A stretch of DNA of 64,000 nucleotides from Alphaproteobacteria bacterium (GTDB taxonomy: Bacteria; Planctomycetota; Phycisphaerae; UBA1845), in contig JANQQE010000029.1 in assembly GCA_028285105.1 (NCBI GenBank), forward strand, positions 40,256 to 104,255. The letters run 5' to 3'. The notes beneath the pieces were generated by a model that saw nothing but the letters and a program-made list of their open reading frames with translations, was not told the origin of the DNA and ran no database searches. Positions within the stretch are counted from its first letter, which is position 1, and each line of letters starts with the position of its first letter. The translations under genes and the position numbers were made by a program. Below, piece by piece: positions 1-9,955 of the stretch.

Positions 1-2
1 AC

Positions 3-1526
3 AAAGCCGAACCGAACAACTATGGCGGTACCACGTTGGACTTAAAAGGTTCGAGTACGCCGGCTGACATCACTGACGATCTCGAAGTCGTCGACGAAAT
101 CAGCTACGAAGGCGGCCGCGGTTGGGAATACGATCTTGATGACCGGACCGTCGATGTCGGCAGCAGTGACGGGTCGTTCCCGCAGCGAAACGTTCACGCC
201 CTTGACGATCCGAACGGGTTCAACCCCGACGCCTTGACCCGCGTGGATTACCGCACCAAAGGCGACGGTTGGGTTCCGGTAGCTGGCGCGACAGGTGAAA
301 TGATCAATGGCCACAACTGGCAGGACACCGCCACCGAGCAATGGATACGCGGTGAATCCGGTGTGTCGGCAACGATGGGCGTCGTTTTGGGGCCGAACAA
401 TTTCTATACGAACGTCGCAAACCCCGACCCCGACGCGGTTCAACCGTTCGAGGTCAACGTTCCGTTGTGGCTCGATGACGGTTTCGACATCGACTACGAC
501 TTCACGGCAATGATGACCTATCAAATCATGCCCGGTCGCATCAACCCTTTGGCTGTTTCGTTCATCCCGGGCGACGTCGATCGTGACGGTGACTGCGATA
601 CAGACGACATTGCGAAAATCGGGGTTGTATATGGTGACGATGATTGGATCTTCAGCAATTCTTACGACGCCGCGCCCGAGGGCGATGAAGGCGATCCCGC
701 GACGCAGATCCGTCCGTGGGATGTGGACGCGACCGGAACCAACGGCATCGAAGCCAGTGACTTGCAGTGGACGCTGAACTTCCAAGGCAACACCACCGGG
801 CAAATCAACGGTGTGACCTACGACAGCACCACACCTTCAACCACTGGCATCACGTTGAATTCCAACGCTGGTGTAGAAGTGACAATCACGACATCGACCT
901 TTGTACCCAGTGGTCGATCCCTTACCGCGCTGGAATTCGGCGATTTCGTCGAGTTGACCGTCAGCGGTGAAGTCACCAGCGGCGCAAATCTTACAAGCGA
1001 TGAAGAAAACGGAATCATGCAGTACATCCACGATGTCGTCATCGATACCGAAGATGTGCTTCGCGTGGATTCAGTTGATGCATTGAGCGCTTTCAGTAAG
1101 ACGCGGGCGTCCTTGGAATCTACCGTTGGCGCAAATGGCGACCTTGGTATGAACAACGTCAACGGTTTTGCGACAGGCTTCTCCGAAGGGTTGTCCGGTC
1201 CAGCGATGCTCTATCGCGTGACGCTTCGTGCAATTGGAGATGGTTCGACCGACATCAGCATCGCGCCCGCCGACATGGCCAAATTTGCAGCGACCACACC
1301 CGAAGGCATGAAGGTTGGACACACCGACAACAACGGAAACCCGACATCGTCGGTCTATCCGGCTGCGATTTCAGCAACGGTGGTACCTGTTGTTGATGAC
1401 GAATTCATCGACTGCGTGACGGGACCGGGCGGTGGAATCTTCTCGGGCTGCGAACAATTCAATTACGATCAGGACAATGATGTTGACTCGGAAGATTACC
1501 AGTTCTTCCAGACTGCGTTTGACTGA
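3..1526 (+). CDS. Exported protein, 5'-truncated, with an internal dockerin-like Ca-binding pair, a cohesin-like beta domain and a C-terminal dockerin-like tail
   Basis: Frame is open from base 3 (KAGPNNYGGTTL...) upstream of the called start at 36. Ca-binding motifs: GDVDRDGDCDTDD, WDVDATGTNGIEASD, terminal DCVTGP...C..FNYDQDNDVDSEDYQFFQ. Confidence 0.7.
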   Translation, partial: KAEPNNYGGTTLDLKGSSTPADITDDLEVVDEISYEGGRGWEYDLDDRTVDVGSSDGSFPQRNVHALDDPNGFNPDALTRVDYRTKGDGWVPVAGATGEMINGHNWQDTATEQWIRGESGVSATMGVVLGPNNFYTNVANPDPDAVQPFEVNVPLWLDDGFDIDYDFTAMMTYQIMPGRINPLAVSFIPGDVDRDGDCDTDDIAKIGVVYGDDDWIFSNSYDAAPEGDEGDPATQIRPWDVDATGTNGIEASDLQWTLNFQGNTTGQINGVTYDSTTPSTTGITLNSNAGVEVTITTSTFVPSGRSLTALEFGDFVELTVSGEVTSGANLTSDEENGIMQYIHDVVIDTEDVLRVDSVDALSAFSKTRASLESTVGANGDLGMNNVNGFATGFSEGLSGPAMLYRVTLRAIGDGSTDISIAPADMAKFAATTPEGMKVGHTDNNGNPTSSVYPAAISATVVPVVDDEFIDCVTGPGGGIFSGCEQFNYDQDNDVDSEDYQFFQTAFD

Positions 1527-1568
1527 TTATAGTTGCTTAAATCGAAAAGCGACTTGCGAAGCAAAATG

Positions 1569-3440
1569 CTAAACTGACGTTGTGTCTTGCATGTCTACAT
1601 CGGTAATCGAACCGGGCGGTGAGAAGGGGACGAGTACTCGGATGCTCGTCCCCTCGTTGATGGTACTCTTCAACTCAAGTCTTCCGCCCATCTGCTCGAC
1701 AGCATGGCGGACGATGGACAAGCCCAAACCAGTCCCGCGCTTAACGCCGCTGCGGGCGCGCGTCACTTGATAAAAACGCTCAAAAATTCGCGATTGGTCT
1801 TCGTTTGGAATTCCGATACCGGTGTCGGCCACGGTGAAAGCAAACTCGTTTTCCAGGCAAGTGGCATCGGCACTGATCACACCGCCAGCCGGAGTGAATT
1901 TAATGGCGTTGTCCACCAGGTTGTTCAGCACCATGTTGAGGAGTCGCACGTCGATCCGTAATTTCTGATCGCCGGCGTACTTGCAGGACTCCGTACTAAC
2001 GTTCCAGTTGATCTTCTGCGCCGAAAGCCGGTCCGCGAAACGCTCGCCCAGTTCGATCAAAACGTCATTGGGATCGACCGCGACGGGTATGTTGCGGGTG
2101 CTGCCCGATTCCAGCCACGAAAGGTCCAGCAAGTCCGCAACCATCATGCCAAGGCGGTCGCTGTGACGATCGATGATGTCAAGCAGCGGGGTATGTTCGG
2201 GCGACTCCTGATTGGAACTCATCGACATCAACGTTTCGATCGCCGCCCGAATCGCCGAAAGCGGTGTACGCAATTCGTGCGATGCATTGGCAACAAAATC
2301 GGCTTTAATCTGAGTCGCGCGGGTCAATTCGGTCACATCGGTGAGGACGAGAATTCGCCCATCCTTCGTCGTCGCCACATCGCCGGATTGCGTGTAGTGC
2401 GGTAGCGAAATGTTTGAAACGCGGGCAAGTAGAATGGACAGCGACTCACCTTCGCCAATGGTGATGCGTCGTTCGATTCGATGTTTTCCATCCTGGCCGT
2501 TATCCATCATCAGCAGTTTGCGAAGACCTTCGGGCAGGGTATCAATTGTGGGGTGTTCGTCCGAAGGCGTGTGCGGTTCTTCGATTTGCAGCAATTGCCA
2601 GGCGGCTGGGTTGGATAAGATGACGACGCCGTCAGAGTCTGCGACAACGACCCCTTCATCCAATCGGGTCAGTAAATATTGCAGCGTGCGACGTTGCCGG
2701 TCGATCATGTGCAGCTGCGTCGAGAGACTTCGACGCATTCGATTGACCGATCGTGCGAGCATGGCGATTTCGTCGCGCCCTTCGACGTTGATGTCGCTGG
2801 AAAGATCGCCGCGTGAAATCAAACGGGCGGCAGACGTGACCCGCTCGATGCGGCGACTCCAAAGAAGCGTCAAACCCAATGCCAATCCAACGGCGACGAA
2901 CAGGGCGATGCCTGCGATTTGCCAGATCAACGCCTGAGCCAGTTCTAGACGCGCGGCGATGCTGCGCTTGGGAAGGGCGACTCTGACGATTCCGCTCACA
3001 CCATTTTCATTCGCGACCGGAAGGGCGACGTACTTCATGTGCTGCTTGACGGTGTCGGACCAGCGTGTGCTTTCACCGAACCCGGACATGATGGCCTCGA
3101 CGACTTCTTCACGTTTGGCGTGAGACTCCATGGTACGCGGGTCGGCTTGGGAGTCGCCGAGGACCGTTCCATCGGACATGATGAATGTTGCCCGCAATTC
3201 GTGAACGCCATGATCCTTGGCGAGTTGATCGAATTGTTCGACCCGATTAAATCGAAATTCGGTCCCGGCTTGCTCGCGGAGCAAAATTGCGTACCCGCGC
3301 AAGTGTTCGGTCAGTTCAGATTCGTAGAAACGATCGACTTCGCCAATGATGAGCCACACGCATGCAACCAGCGCACCGGCCAGCAGCACAACGTGTCCTA
3401 TGAACAGCTTCCAGAAGAATCGGCTTCGACGTCGTTTCAT
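1569..3440 (-). CDS. phoR: PhoR-like sensor histidine kinase (2 TM, periplasmic domain, HAMP, PAS, HisKA, HATPase)
   Basis: ADFVANASHELRTPLSAI H-box; NLVDNAIKFT; DTGIGIP; RIFERFYQV; GTGLGLSIV. Lies directly downstream of an OmpR-family regulator. Confidence 0.8.
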   Translation of the reverse strand: MKRRRSRFFWKLFIGHVVLLAGALVACVWLIIGEVDRFYESELTEHLRGYAILLREQAGTEFRFNRVEQFDQLAKDHGVHELRATFIMSDGTVLGDSQADPRTMESHAKREEVVEAIMSGFGESTRWSDTVKQHMKYVALPVANENGVSGIVRVALPKRSIAARLELAQALIWQIAGIALFVAVGLALGLTLLWSRRIERVTSAARLISRGDLSSDINVEGRDEIAMLARSVNRMRRSLSTQLHMIDRQRRTLQYLLTRLDEGVVVADSDGVVILSNPAAWQLLQIEEPHTPSDEHPTIDTLPEGLRKLLMMDNGQDGKHRIERRITIGEGESLSILLARVSNISLPHYTQSGDVATTKDGRILVLTDVTELTRATQIKADFVANASHELRTPLSAIRAAIETLMSMSSNQESPEHTPLLDIIDRHSDRLGMMVADLLDLSWLESGSTRNIPVAVDPNDVLIELGERFADRLSAQKINWNVSTESCKYAGDQKLRIDVRLLNMVLNNLVDNAIKFTPAGGVISADATCLENEFAFTVADTGIGIPNEDQSRIFERFYQVTRARSGVKRGTGLGLSIVRHAVEQMGGRLELKSTINEGTSIRVLVPFSPPGSITDVDMQDTTSV

Positions 3441-3533
3441 ATAGAAGACTAGCCGTTAGCGGGTTGCGGATTTTGTATCGATGTTTCCTTAAGACGTATT
3501 GACGTGCCGACATTGTACCATTGATGTCGATAT

Positions 3534-4265
3534 TTACGACGTCGGTTCACGAAAGGTATAGCCCACTCCTCTTACGGTTTGAAGCCACTTTGCGGCATTG
3601 CCCAGCTTCTTACGCAGAGCGGTGATGTGAACGTCAATGGTGCGGTCGGTGACGATGACGTTTTCGCCAAACGCCTGATTGAGAAGTTGGCTGCGGCTGA
3701 AGACGCGCCCTTTTCCGCGAAGCAGTGCGGCGAGGATGCGGAATTCGGTGGCTGTCGGCGAAATCTCTTTGTCGTTGACTGTCACTTCGTAGCGAGTGAC
3801 GTTAATTGACACTGGGCCGACGTTGATGACAGTGTTTTCTTCCGTGCTGTTCTTCGGACGTCGAACGATCGCTGCAACGCGGGCAAGCAGCACCTTCATG
3901 GAAAACGGTTTGGTTACGTAATCGTCTGCGCCAAACGCAAACCCGACGAGTTGATCGTCATCCTCGGCTTTGGCGGTCAACATGATCACCGGAATTTGTG
4001 CAGTCTCAGGTTCGCGCCGAAGGGTAATGATGACGTCGTCTCCGGATAGACCGGGCAGCATGCGATCGAGGAGAATCAGATTGGGGGGATTCTTGCGAAT
4101 GTGTTCGAGGGCGACGTCGCCCGAATTTGCAACGGTACAACCGTACCCGTCGCGCTCGAGATTGAACTGAAGCATCTGGGCGAGATCCGTTTCATCCTCG
4201 ACGACCAGAATGGACGCCTGTTTTCCCAGTGCCGCTGATTTTTGTGAATTTTCGACCGCCACCAT
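3534..4265 (-). CDS. phoB: OmpR/PhoB-family response regulator
   Basis: ILVVEDE, LILLDRMLPG, VIMLTAK, GADDYVTKPFS, C-terminal winged helix RTIDVHITALRKKL...TVRGVGY; GAGG SD upstream. Confidence 0.8.
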   Translation of the reverse strand: MVAVENSQKSAALGKQASILVVEDETDLAQMLQFNLERDGYGCTVANSGDVALEHIRKNPPNLILLDRMLPGLSGDDVIITLRREPETAQIPVIMLTAKAEDDDQLVGFAFGADDYVTKPFSMKVLLARVAAIVRRPKNSTEENTVINVGPVSINVTRYEVTVNDKEISPTATEFRILAALLRGKGRVFSRSQLLNQAFGENVIVTDRTIDVHITALRKKLGNAAKWLQTVRGVGYTFREPTS

Positions 4266-4483
4266 GTCTTTTCGCCTCTCGTTTCAGTCGGACCAGCATC
4301 GAAATCAAGAACGACCTAAGAACCATATGGACAGAGTATATCAGGTGACGGATTGCAAAAAAGAAGATGACGCCCCGCAATTGCGAAGCGTCATTGAAAC
4401 GTCGCAGAGTCTCGAACTTTGAAGTTCATCGTGACACGCGGAATCCATGAAACTGCCTGGGCTTGGATGAAATCACGCATGTG

Positions 4484-4505
4484 ATCTTAGCGCAATCTTA
4501 ACGCT
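4484..4505. promoter_or_regulatory. Possible OmpR-family binding site (11-bp direct repeat)
   Basis: ATCTTAGCGCA-ATCTTAACGCT, with ATCTTA at 4484 and 4495, in the intergenic region upstream of phoB. Confidence 0.3.
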
Positions 4506-4527
4506 TCCATCCGTCGCATGATCGGCA

Positions 4528-7500
4528 TCATGGCGTTCCCAATAACTGCTGCATCACCTGGAAATCGCCCGCGTCAATGTCGCCGTCGGCGTCAAGGTCG
4601 AACTTCTGCAAACACGATGTGGAAGCGACGCCAAGCGGTCCATTCAAACAGTCGGCGAATGCTTCGTAGTCGTCCAGATCGACATCCCCATCGCAATCGC
4701 TATCGCCCGGGGCGCAATCGACCGTCACCGTGACGGTGTTCGTGCCGACCGTGATGGTGTATTGACCAGCCCCAACAACGTCACTGAATGTTCCGGTGAT
4801 ACTGTTTGCGGTGATGACGTCGAAAGTTTGACCGGTTTGCGGCATGAACCCGTCGGTACTCGTGAGCAGCAGCGTCCCATCCAACGTCAGTTCCTGTGTG
4901 ACCGCAAGGACGTCGTGTTCGAGTCCGGGTGCCAGTCCGCCCAACTCGATATCAAGAATACCGGCGGTGTCGTTGACGAACTCGCCATCGATCGTGAGCA
5001 GTCCCGGTGAGTTACCGGGCGACGTTGTGCCTTGATTGATGATCCGATCGCCATTGACGGTTCCCGTTCCTTTGAGTTTTCCCCGTTGGAAGAATTCTCC
5101 CGGGCCGCGGGTAAACGTTCCATCCACGGTGAGTGTTCCGTCGTTGTCGAACACGCCGATACTCAAGGTGCTGTTGGCAGACACCTTCGTCTCGCCATTG
5201 TTTTCGTATTCGCCACTTGTGAAGAATGTCGCGCCGGTCCCGCTGCTGTCGTCTTCGAGACAGAGCGTACCGTCGTTGGCGAAGAGAGCGGTTGTTGACC
5301 CATTGGGTAGATTGGTGAAGCTACCGGTTCCGATCAGCTTGATCACCGCGTCATTTTCGAGGATCGGACTCGACGCACCTCCATCGAGGCTAAGGGTCGC
5401 GCCCGATTCGACGATCCAGGTTCCTTCTTCCAACTGATCGCCGTCAAGCGTATCGCATTCTGTGATTGCCAGACTTCCCGCACTGACTTTGACGATTCCA
5501 CTGCTTTCAAAGATCGGATTCACAAGACTCAAGCCACCACTCTCGGCGGTTTTATGAAGCGTGCCATCGTTGGTGAAGCGCGCTCCCAGGAAATCCAATG
5601 CTGAAATACCGCGACCGAGGTCCTTGATTTGGAACGTTCCCCGATTGATAAAATCAATGTAACCATCCAGCTTGAGGTCCGACGTTCCAACCAGACACGC
5701 CGTTCGTTCTGCGCCCAGGATGAATTGCTGCCGGTCTTCACTTTCCGGACCACTCAAAACAACGCCACCGCCACTGCTGCTGTTGTCGAAAATCAAATCC
5801 GAATCTGCACTAAACGTTCCAACCGCCTGGTCGCGGAACAGATTGTACTTGGTATCTTTGAATGTCACCGTCCCGCCCGCTGTGGTCGCAGCCGCTGCAA
5901 TATCGAGCGTACCAGTCAGTTCAAACAGATTCGCATCAACGCTGGTGACCAGGTTGAATATACCACCGCCGTCTGGCGTTTGGGCGTTGGCAATGCGGGC
6001 GATTCCTTGGCCCGACGCGATCAATGTCGCATCGACTTCTGCATTGGCGTGTTCGACGACGCCGTTGGAATTCTGCAAGTCGTGCGTGATGGTACTCTGC
6101 AATTCGGCGAAGAATGTCCGAATCATGCCTTGAGCGGGTCTGAAGATGCCGCCATTGATGACGGGTTGGCCATCCTGATCTCCGATCGCGCCGTTGATGA
6201 ACAAGTCTCCGATGTCAGTGGTCTCGAACGTACCTCCCGTATTGGTGAATTTGACATTGATGCTGCTGTCAATGGAGCCGTCGTTGGCGATGGTGCCCGT
6301 GTTAGTCATGCAGGCATTGGTGGTTTGGCTTGTTACTTTTTCGATATTCGCGCCATCGCTGAATATGTATTCGCTGTCGGATGAGTTGATGAGTTCCGCG
6401 TTATCGCCGAGTTGCAAACGACCTTCGCCCGTATGCAGAATCTGGTTGCGGTTGTTTATTATTGCATTCGCTGCGAGCAGAACATCGCCGGTCGCGTCGA
6501 TGTCGAGAATACCGGTGACATCGTTGTCAAACTCCGTAGCGATGGTTCCGCCACCCCACGAGAAGATTCCCTCGTTGGTGAATTCATCGTGGACCGTTCC
6601 GCCATCCAATACAAAGTTGCCATCCGTCTGGTTAAAATATTCGCTGACAACATTCCCACCGGTCATCAATACATCGCCCATGTTGAATATACGTTTTCCG
6701 ACTTCGCCGAGCGTGCCGTTGGCTTGGTGAAATTCTGACGGTTCATCGAAGTCGAGGGTGACGGACGTCTCCCGAGGTCGCATGACGCCACCGGTAAGAA
6801 GAAGATCGCCGAGTCCGCTACCTGTAATCGTTCCGTCGATTTCGTGGGGCATTCCCGAAAGCGGTGTGGCGTATTCCGCGATGCCGTCCTGGGCAAACTC
6901 AAATGCGACGTTGATGGTTCGCGAGTCGTCCCCGACTTTGATTCGGGCTCCGTTGCTGTTGACCGATACGGTTCCGCCAAGCAGATCGATGGTATCTCCC
7001 AACAGGCGAATGGTTCCAGAGCGCGAGCGTATGGTGCCGGTGGCATTTTGGCGAAAGTCTGCATTGATCAGCGTCTCACCGTTGCCCGATACTTTCTCGA
7101 CCAAACCATCGTTACTGAACAAACCACCATCGTTGACGCGCGAGACGTCTTGATCGCCGGCGAACAAGACCTCACCGTCAGCTTCGTTCTCCAGGAAACC
7201 GAATGAATCGAGTTGAATGCCATCGAACAGATTCCCCGTCAGCCTGACCGTGCCATTGTTGGTTAAAGTTGCAAGCCCGCCACGCGACACGCGCATCACT
7301 CGGTCCACGTTGATGGTTGCGTCGTTGTCATTGATGACCATTCCGGTTCCGGTGACCGCTCCGAACGACCATTTGATGTGGTCTTTGTTGGTGATCGTTC
7401 CGTCGGCTTGCAGGTTGGCGTTGGCATGATTCATGTGGAGCGGAACGGCTTGATCAAATCGCAGGTTGACATTGGTCGAGTCTTCAGCCAACAGCGTTGC

Positions 7501-9075
7501 GCCGATGTTTTGAGTCTTGCCAACACCACCGCTGACGATTTCCCCGCCGATCTTGTGGATGCCAGTACCGGCCCATTGAAAGATACCGTTGCTCGACACG
7601 GTGATGCTGGCATTTTTAAGCGTGCTTCGACTGAGACTGTCGTTTCCGAGCGTAAACGTAGCACCGCTGCCATTGCCACCGTCAATGGCGATGATGTTTC
7701 CGTCCAGCACCATTTTGTTTTCAATGCGTTGGTTCAGACGCAACTCGCCATTTCTAATCTCGAATATGCCGCTGCTGGTCATCGGACAGGTGATGAACGA
7801 TGTAAAATTGCCCGGTGCATCAAGAACGATAGGAGCGACATGGGTGAACATTCCCGTCAGGTTTCCGCCGACCTGTGTGTTGATACCGGCTGATCCGTTT
7901 CGAAATGTCCATTCTCCACTCACGTGTTCGATCTTCCCATTGTCTCGAAGGCCGATGGTGCGATCGACGAACACGTTTCCGTTGTTTGTCAGCGTGGCAT
8001 CTTCGATGGTTGGCGTTCCGATGCCAGCGAACGCCGTCGATAACGTTGCGCCCGAATCGTTCGTCAACCCGCTTCCAATCACTTTGCCCAAACGCCATTC
8101 ACAAAAGCCCTTGTTGGTTAAGCCGTCAACCGTCGGTCCCTCGATGACGAATGGAAGGAGTTCCACCGACATGTTGATCGATCCGCCGGTGATGCTGCCT
8201 CCATTTTTGGCAATGACCGTAGCGAAATCGCTTCCCGATCCCGTGATTGATCCAAGCGTTAGGGTCGCATTGTCGAATTCGATTTTTCCAAAGTCGGTCG
8301 GCGTGAAATTGAGGGAGGATACTTCGGTCGGTCCACTGAATTGGATCGTCGCAGAATTGGAAGGGGAGACTGTCGAACCCATCAAAGAGGTGTCGTTGAA
8401 TTTGAGTACGCCGCTCGATGCACTGATCGTTCCGCCTGCGTCTTCAAATCGCACAGCGATGTTCGACAGATTGGTTCCGCCGGATTTCGCAAAGTTTCCC
8501 GAGTTTTGAATTTCGGGCGTTCCACCGAAATTGCGAATTTCGCCATCCTTGATCAGTTCAAACATCCCCTGCGATACCAGGGTCGCATTGTCCTGCATGA
8601 TGATTTCGCCATTCGGCGACCCGGTCCCAACGAAGATGTTGTCTGGACTCATCAACCAAGATCCGCCGAGCGAGAGCGATCCAGAAATGTTGACGTCAGC
8701 TGGCGAGAATAAACCGCTTCCCAAAAAGTCGACGTCTTCAGCGAGGGTGGGGCCTTCGACGGTCAGTGTTTGCCCTGAGCCGTTGACGAGAACGCCAGCA
8801 GCACCGCCTTGGTTGAGGTTCATGCTGCTGACCGTGATGTTCGATCCGAGATCGATGCTCGCGACATCGATGATCACGTCGTAACTGTTTTCGTCGTCGT
8901 TGTTCGGGACAACATCGGGATTCCAATTCATGGGGCTGTCCCAAGACTGGTCTCCGACTTGTCCGTTGTCCCAGGTCGCAGTGGTCTGGGCGACAAGGTT
9001 TCGTTCCGCAAGTGCGAGCGTTGCGACGATCGATATCGTCAAGTTCATGCGCTTGGAATTTCCGAATTTTTTCAT
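4528..9075 (-). CDS. Large exported beta-helix/passenger-like repeat protein (1515 aa) with C-terminal dockerin-like tail
   Basis: Signal peptide; N-terminal W..G..W...NW motif; G/N/T-rich beta repeats; SPGNSPGLLTIDG...LDIELGG...HDVLAV motif; C-terminus GDSDCDGDVDLDDY...C...FDLDADGDIDAGDF. Confidence 0.8.
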   Translation of the reverse strand: MKKFGNSKRMNLTISIVATLALAERNLVAQTTATWDNGQVGDQSWDSPMNWNPDVVPNNDDENSYDVIIDVASIDLGSNITVSSMNLNQGGAAGVLVNGSGQTLTVEGPTLAEDVDFLGSGLFSPADVNISGSLSLGGSWLMSPDNIFVGTGSPNGEIIMQDNATLVSQGMFELIKDGEIRNFGGTPEIQNSGNFAKSGGTNLSNIAVRFEDAGGTISASSGVLKFNDTSLMGSTVSPSNSATIQFSGPTEVSSLNFTPTDFGKIEFDNATLTLGSITGSGSDFATVIAKNGGSITGGSINMSVELLPFVIEGPTVDGLTNKGFCEWRLGKVIGSGLTNDSGATLSTAFAGIGTPTIEDATLTNNGNVFVDRTIGLRDNGKIEHVSGEWTFRNGSAGINTQVGGNLTGMFTHVAPIVLDAPGNFTSFITCPMTSSGIFEIRNGELRLNQRIENKMVLDGNIIAIDGGNGSGATFTLGNDSLSRSTLKNASITVSSNGIFQWAGTGIHKIGGEIVSGGVGKTQNIGATLLAEDSTNVNLRFDQAVPLHMNHANANLQADGTITNKDHIKWSFGAVTGTGMVINDNDATINVDRVMRVSRGGLATLTNNGTVRLTGNLFDGIQLDSFGFLENEADGEVLFAGDQDVSRVNDGGLFSNDGLVEKVSGNGETLINADFRQNATGTIRSRSGTIRLLGDTIDLLGGTVSVNSNGARIKVGDDSRTINVAFEFAQDGIAEYATPLSGMPHEIDGTITGSGLGDLLLTGGVMRPRETSVTLDFDEPSEFHQANGTLGEVGKRIFNMGDVLMTGGNVVSEYFNQTDGNFVLDGGTVHDEFTNEGIFSWGGGTIATEFDNDVTGILDIDATGDVLLAANAIINNRNQILHTGEGRLQLGDNAELINSSDSEYIFSDGANIEKVTSQTTNACMTNTGTIANDGSIDSSINVKFTNTGGTFETTDIGDLFINGAIGDQDGQPVINGGIFRPAQGMIRTFFAELQSTITHDLQNSNGVVEHANAEVDATLIASGQGIARIANAQTPDGGGIFNLVTSVDANLFELTGTLDIAAAATTAGGTVTFKDTKYNLFRDQAVGTFSADSDLIFDNSSSGGGVVLSGPESEDRQQFILGAERTACLVGTSDLKLDGYIDFINRGTFQIKDLGRGISALDFLGARFTNDGTLHKTAESGGLSLVNPIFESSGIVKVSAGSLAITECDTLDGDQLEEGTWIVESGATLSLDGGASSPILENDAVIKLIGTGSFTNLPNGSTTALFANDGTLCLEDDSSGTGATFFTSGEYENNGETKVSANSTLSIGVFDNDGTLTVDGTFTRGPGEFFQRGKLKGTGTVNGDRIINQGTTSPGNSPGLLTIDGEFVNDTAGILDIELGGLAPGLEHDVLAVTQELTLDGTLLLTSTDGFMPQTGQTFDVITANSITGTFSDVVGAGQYTITVGTNTVTVTVDCAPGDSDCDGDVDLDDYEAFADCLNGPLGVASTSCLQKFDLDADGDIDAGDFQVMQQLLGTP

Positions 9076-9386
9076 AAGTCTTCAGTCCTGTAGGTTTCGA
9101 ATGTCTTGATGATTTCTGTCGGCTGCATTGGGATTCGCCCGATCGACCTGAACGGATGAACTGAATTCGGTCCACCATCCCGCACCCTCCATCCCCCTCG
9201 ATAAACGCGTAAACGGTTCCGGCGGCGCCGGATTCGAATTCTTGAAAGCGTTTATGGGGATCGCATTCGGGGCTTGGTTGATCAAGATTTCTGGTATGAT
9301 TCAGAATGCAACGTCCAATGCTACAGTGGTTTATGGACCGGACGCGATTGCGTTTTACAGTTAGATGAGGTGGTGCATTTTCTGAA

Positions 9387-9953
9387 ATGGGCGCCGACAA
9401 AGAAGCCATCACGATTCTTCATGACCTTTCGGCCGGCGATCAGCGGGCGGCGGATCATTTGATGCCCCTGGTTTACGATGAGCTGCGAATGCTGGCGGCT
9501 CGGCATCTTCGGCGGGAAGCCGCCAATCACACACTTCAGCCGACCGCCATCGCCAATGAGGCCTACCTGCGGATGGTCGATCAGACAAGAGTCGATTGGA
9601 AAGACCGTGCCCATTTTCTGGCAGTCGCCGCGACGGCTGTTCGGCGAATCCTCATCGATCATGCAAGAAAAAGAAATTCGGCCAAGCGCGGTAACGACTG
9701 GCAACGCGTTACCCTGGGGGACATAGGCGCGAATGAAGATGTGGCCCGTCTTGATCTGTTGGCATTGGAGGATGCCCTGGAATCGCTTGCCAAACTCAGT
9801 GAACGCCAGTGCCGCGTCGTGCAACTTCGTTTCTTCGGCGGATTGACGAACGAGGAAATCGCTCATGTTCTAGGTGTAAGCCGCTCAACGGTGGTGGACG
9901 ACTGGACGATTGCAAAGGCTTGGCTGTCGAGTGAACTTTCGACGGAAGACTAA
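9387..9953 (+). CDS. ECF sigma-70 factor, TIGR02999 (kinase-associated) type
   Basis: LMPLVYDELRMLAARHL, TLQPTAIANEAYLRM, RAHFLAVAATAVRRILIDHAR, LRFFGGLTNEEIAHVLGVS...DDWTIAKAWL. Confidence 0.92.
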   Translation: MGADKEAITILHDLSAGDQRAADHLMPLVYDELRMLAARHLRREAANHTLQPTAIANEAYLRMVDQTRVDWKDRAHFLAVAATAVRRILIDHARKRNSAKRGNDWQRVTLGDIGANEDVARLDLLALEDALESLAKLSERQCRVVQLRFFGGLTNEEIAHVLGVSRSTVVDDWTIAKAWLSSELSTED

Positions 9954-9955
9954 CG

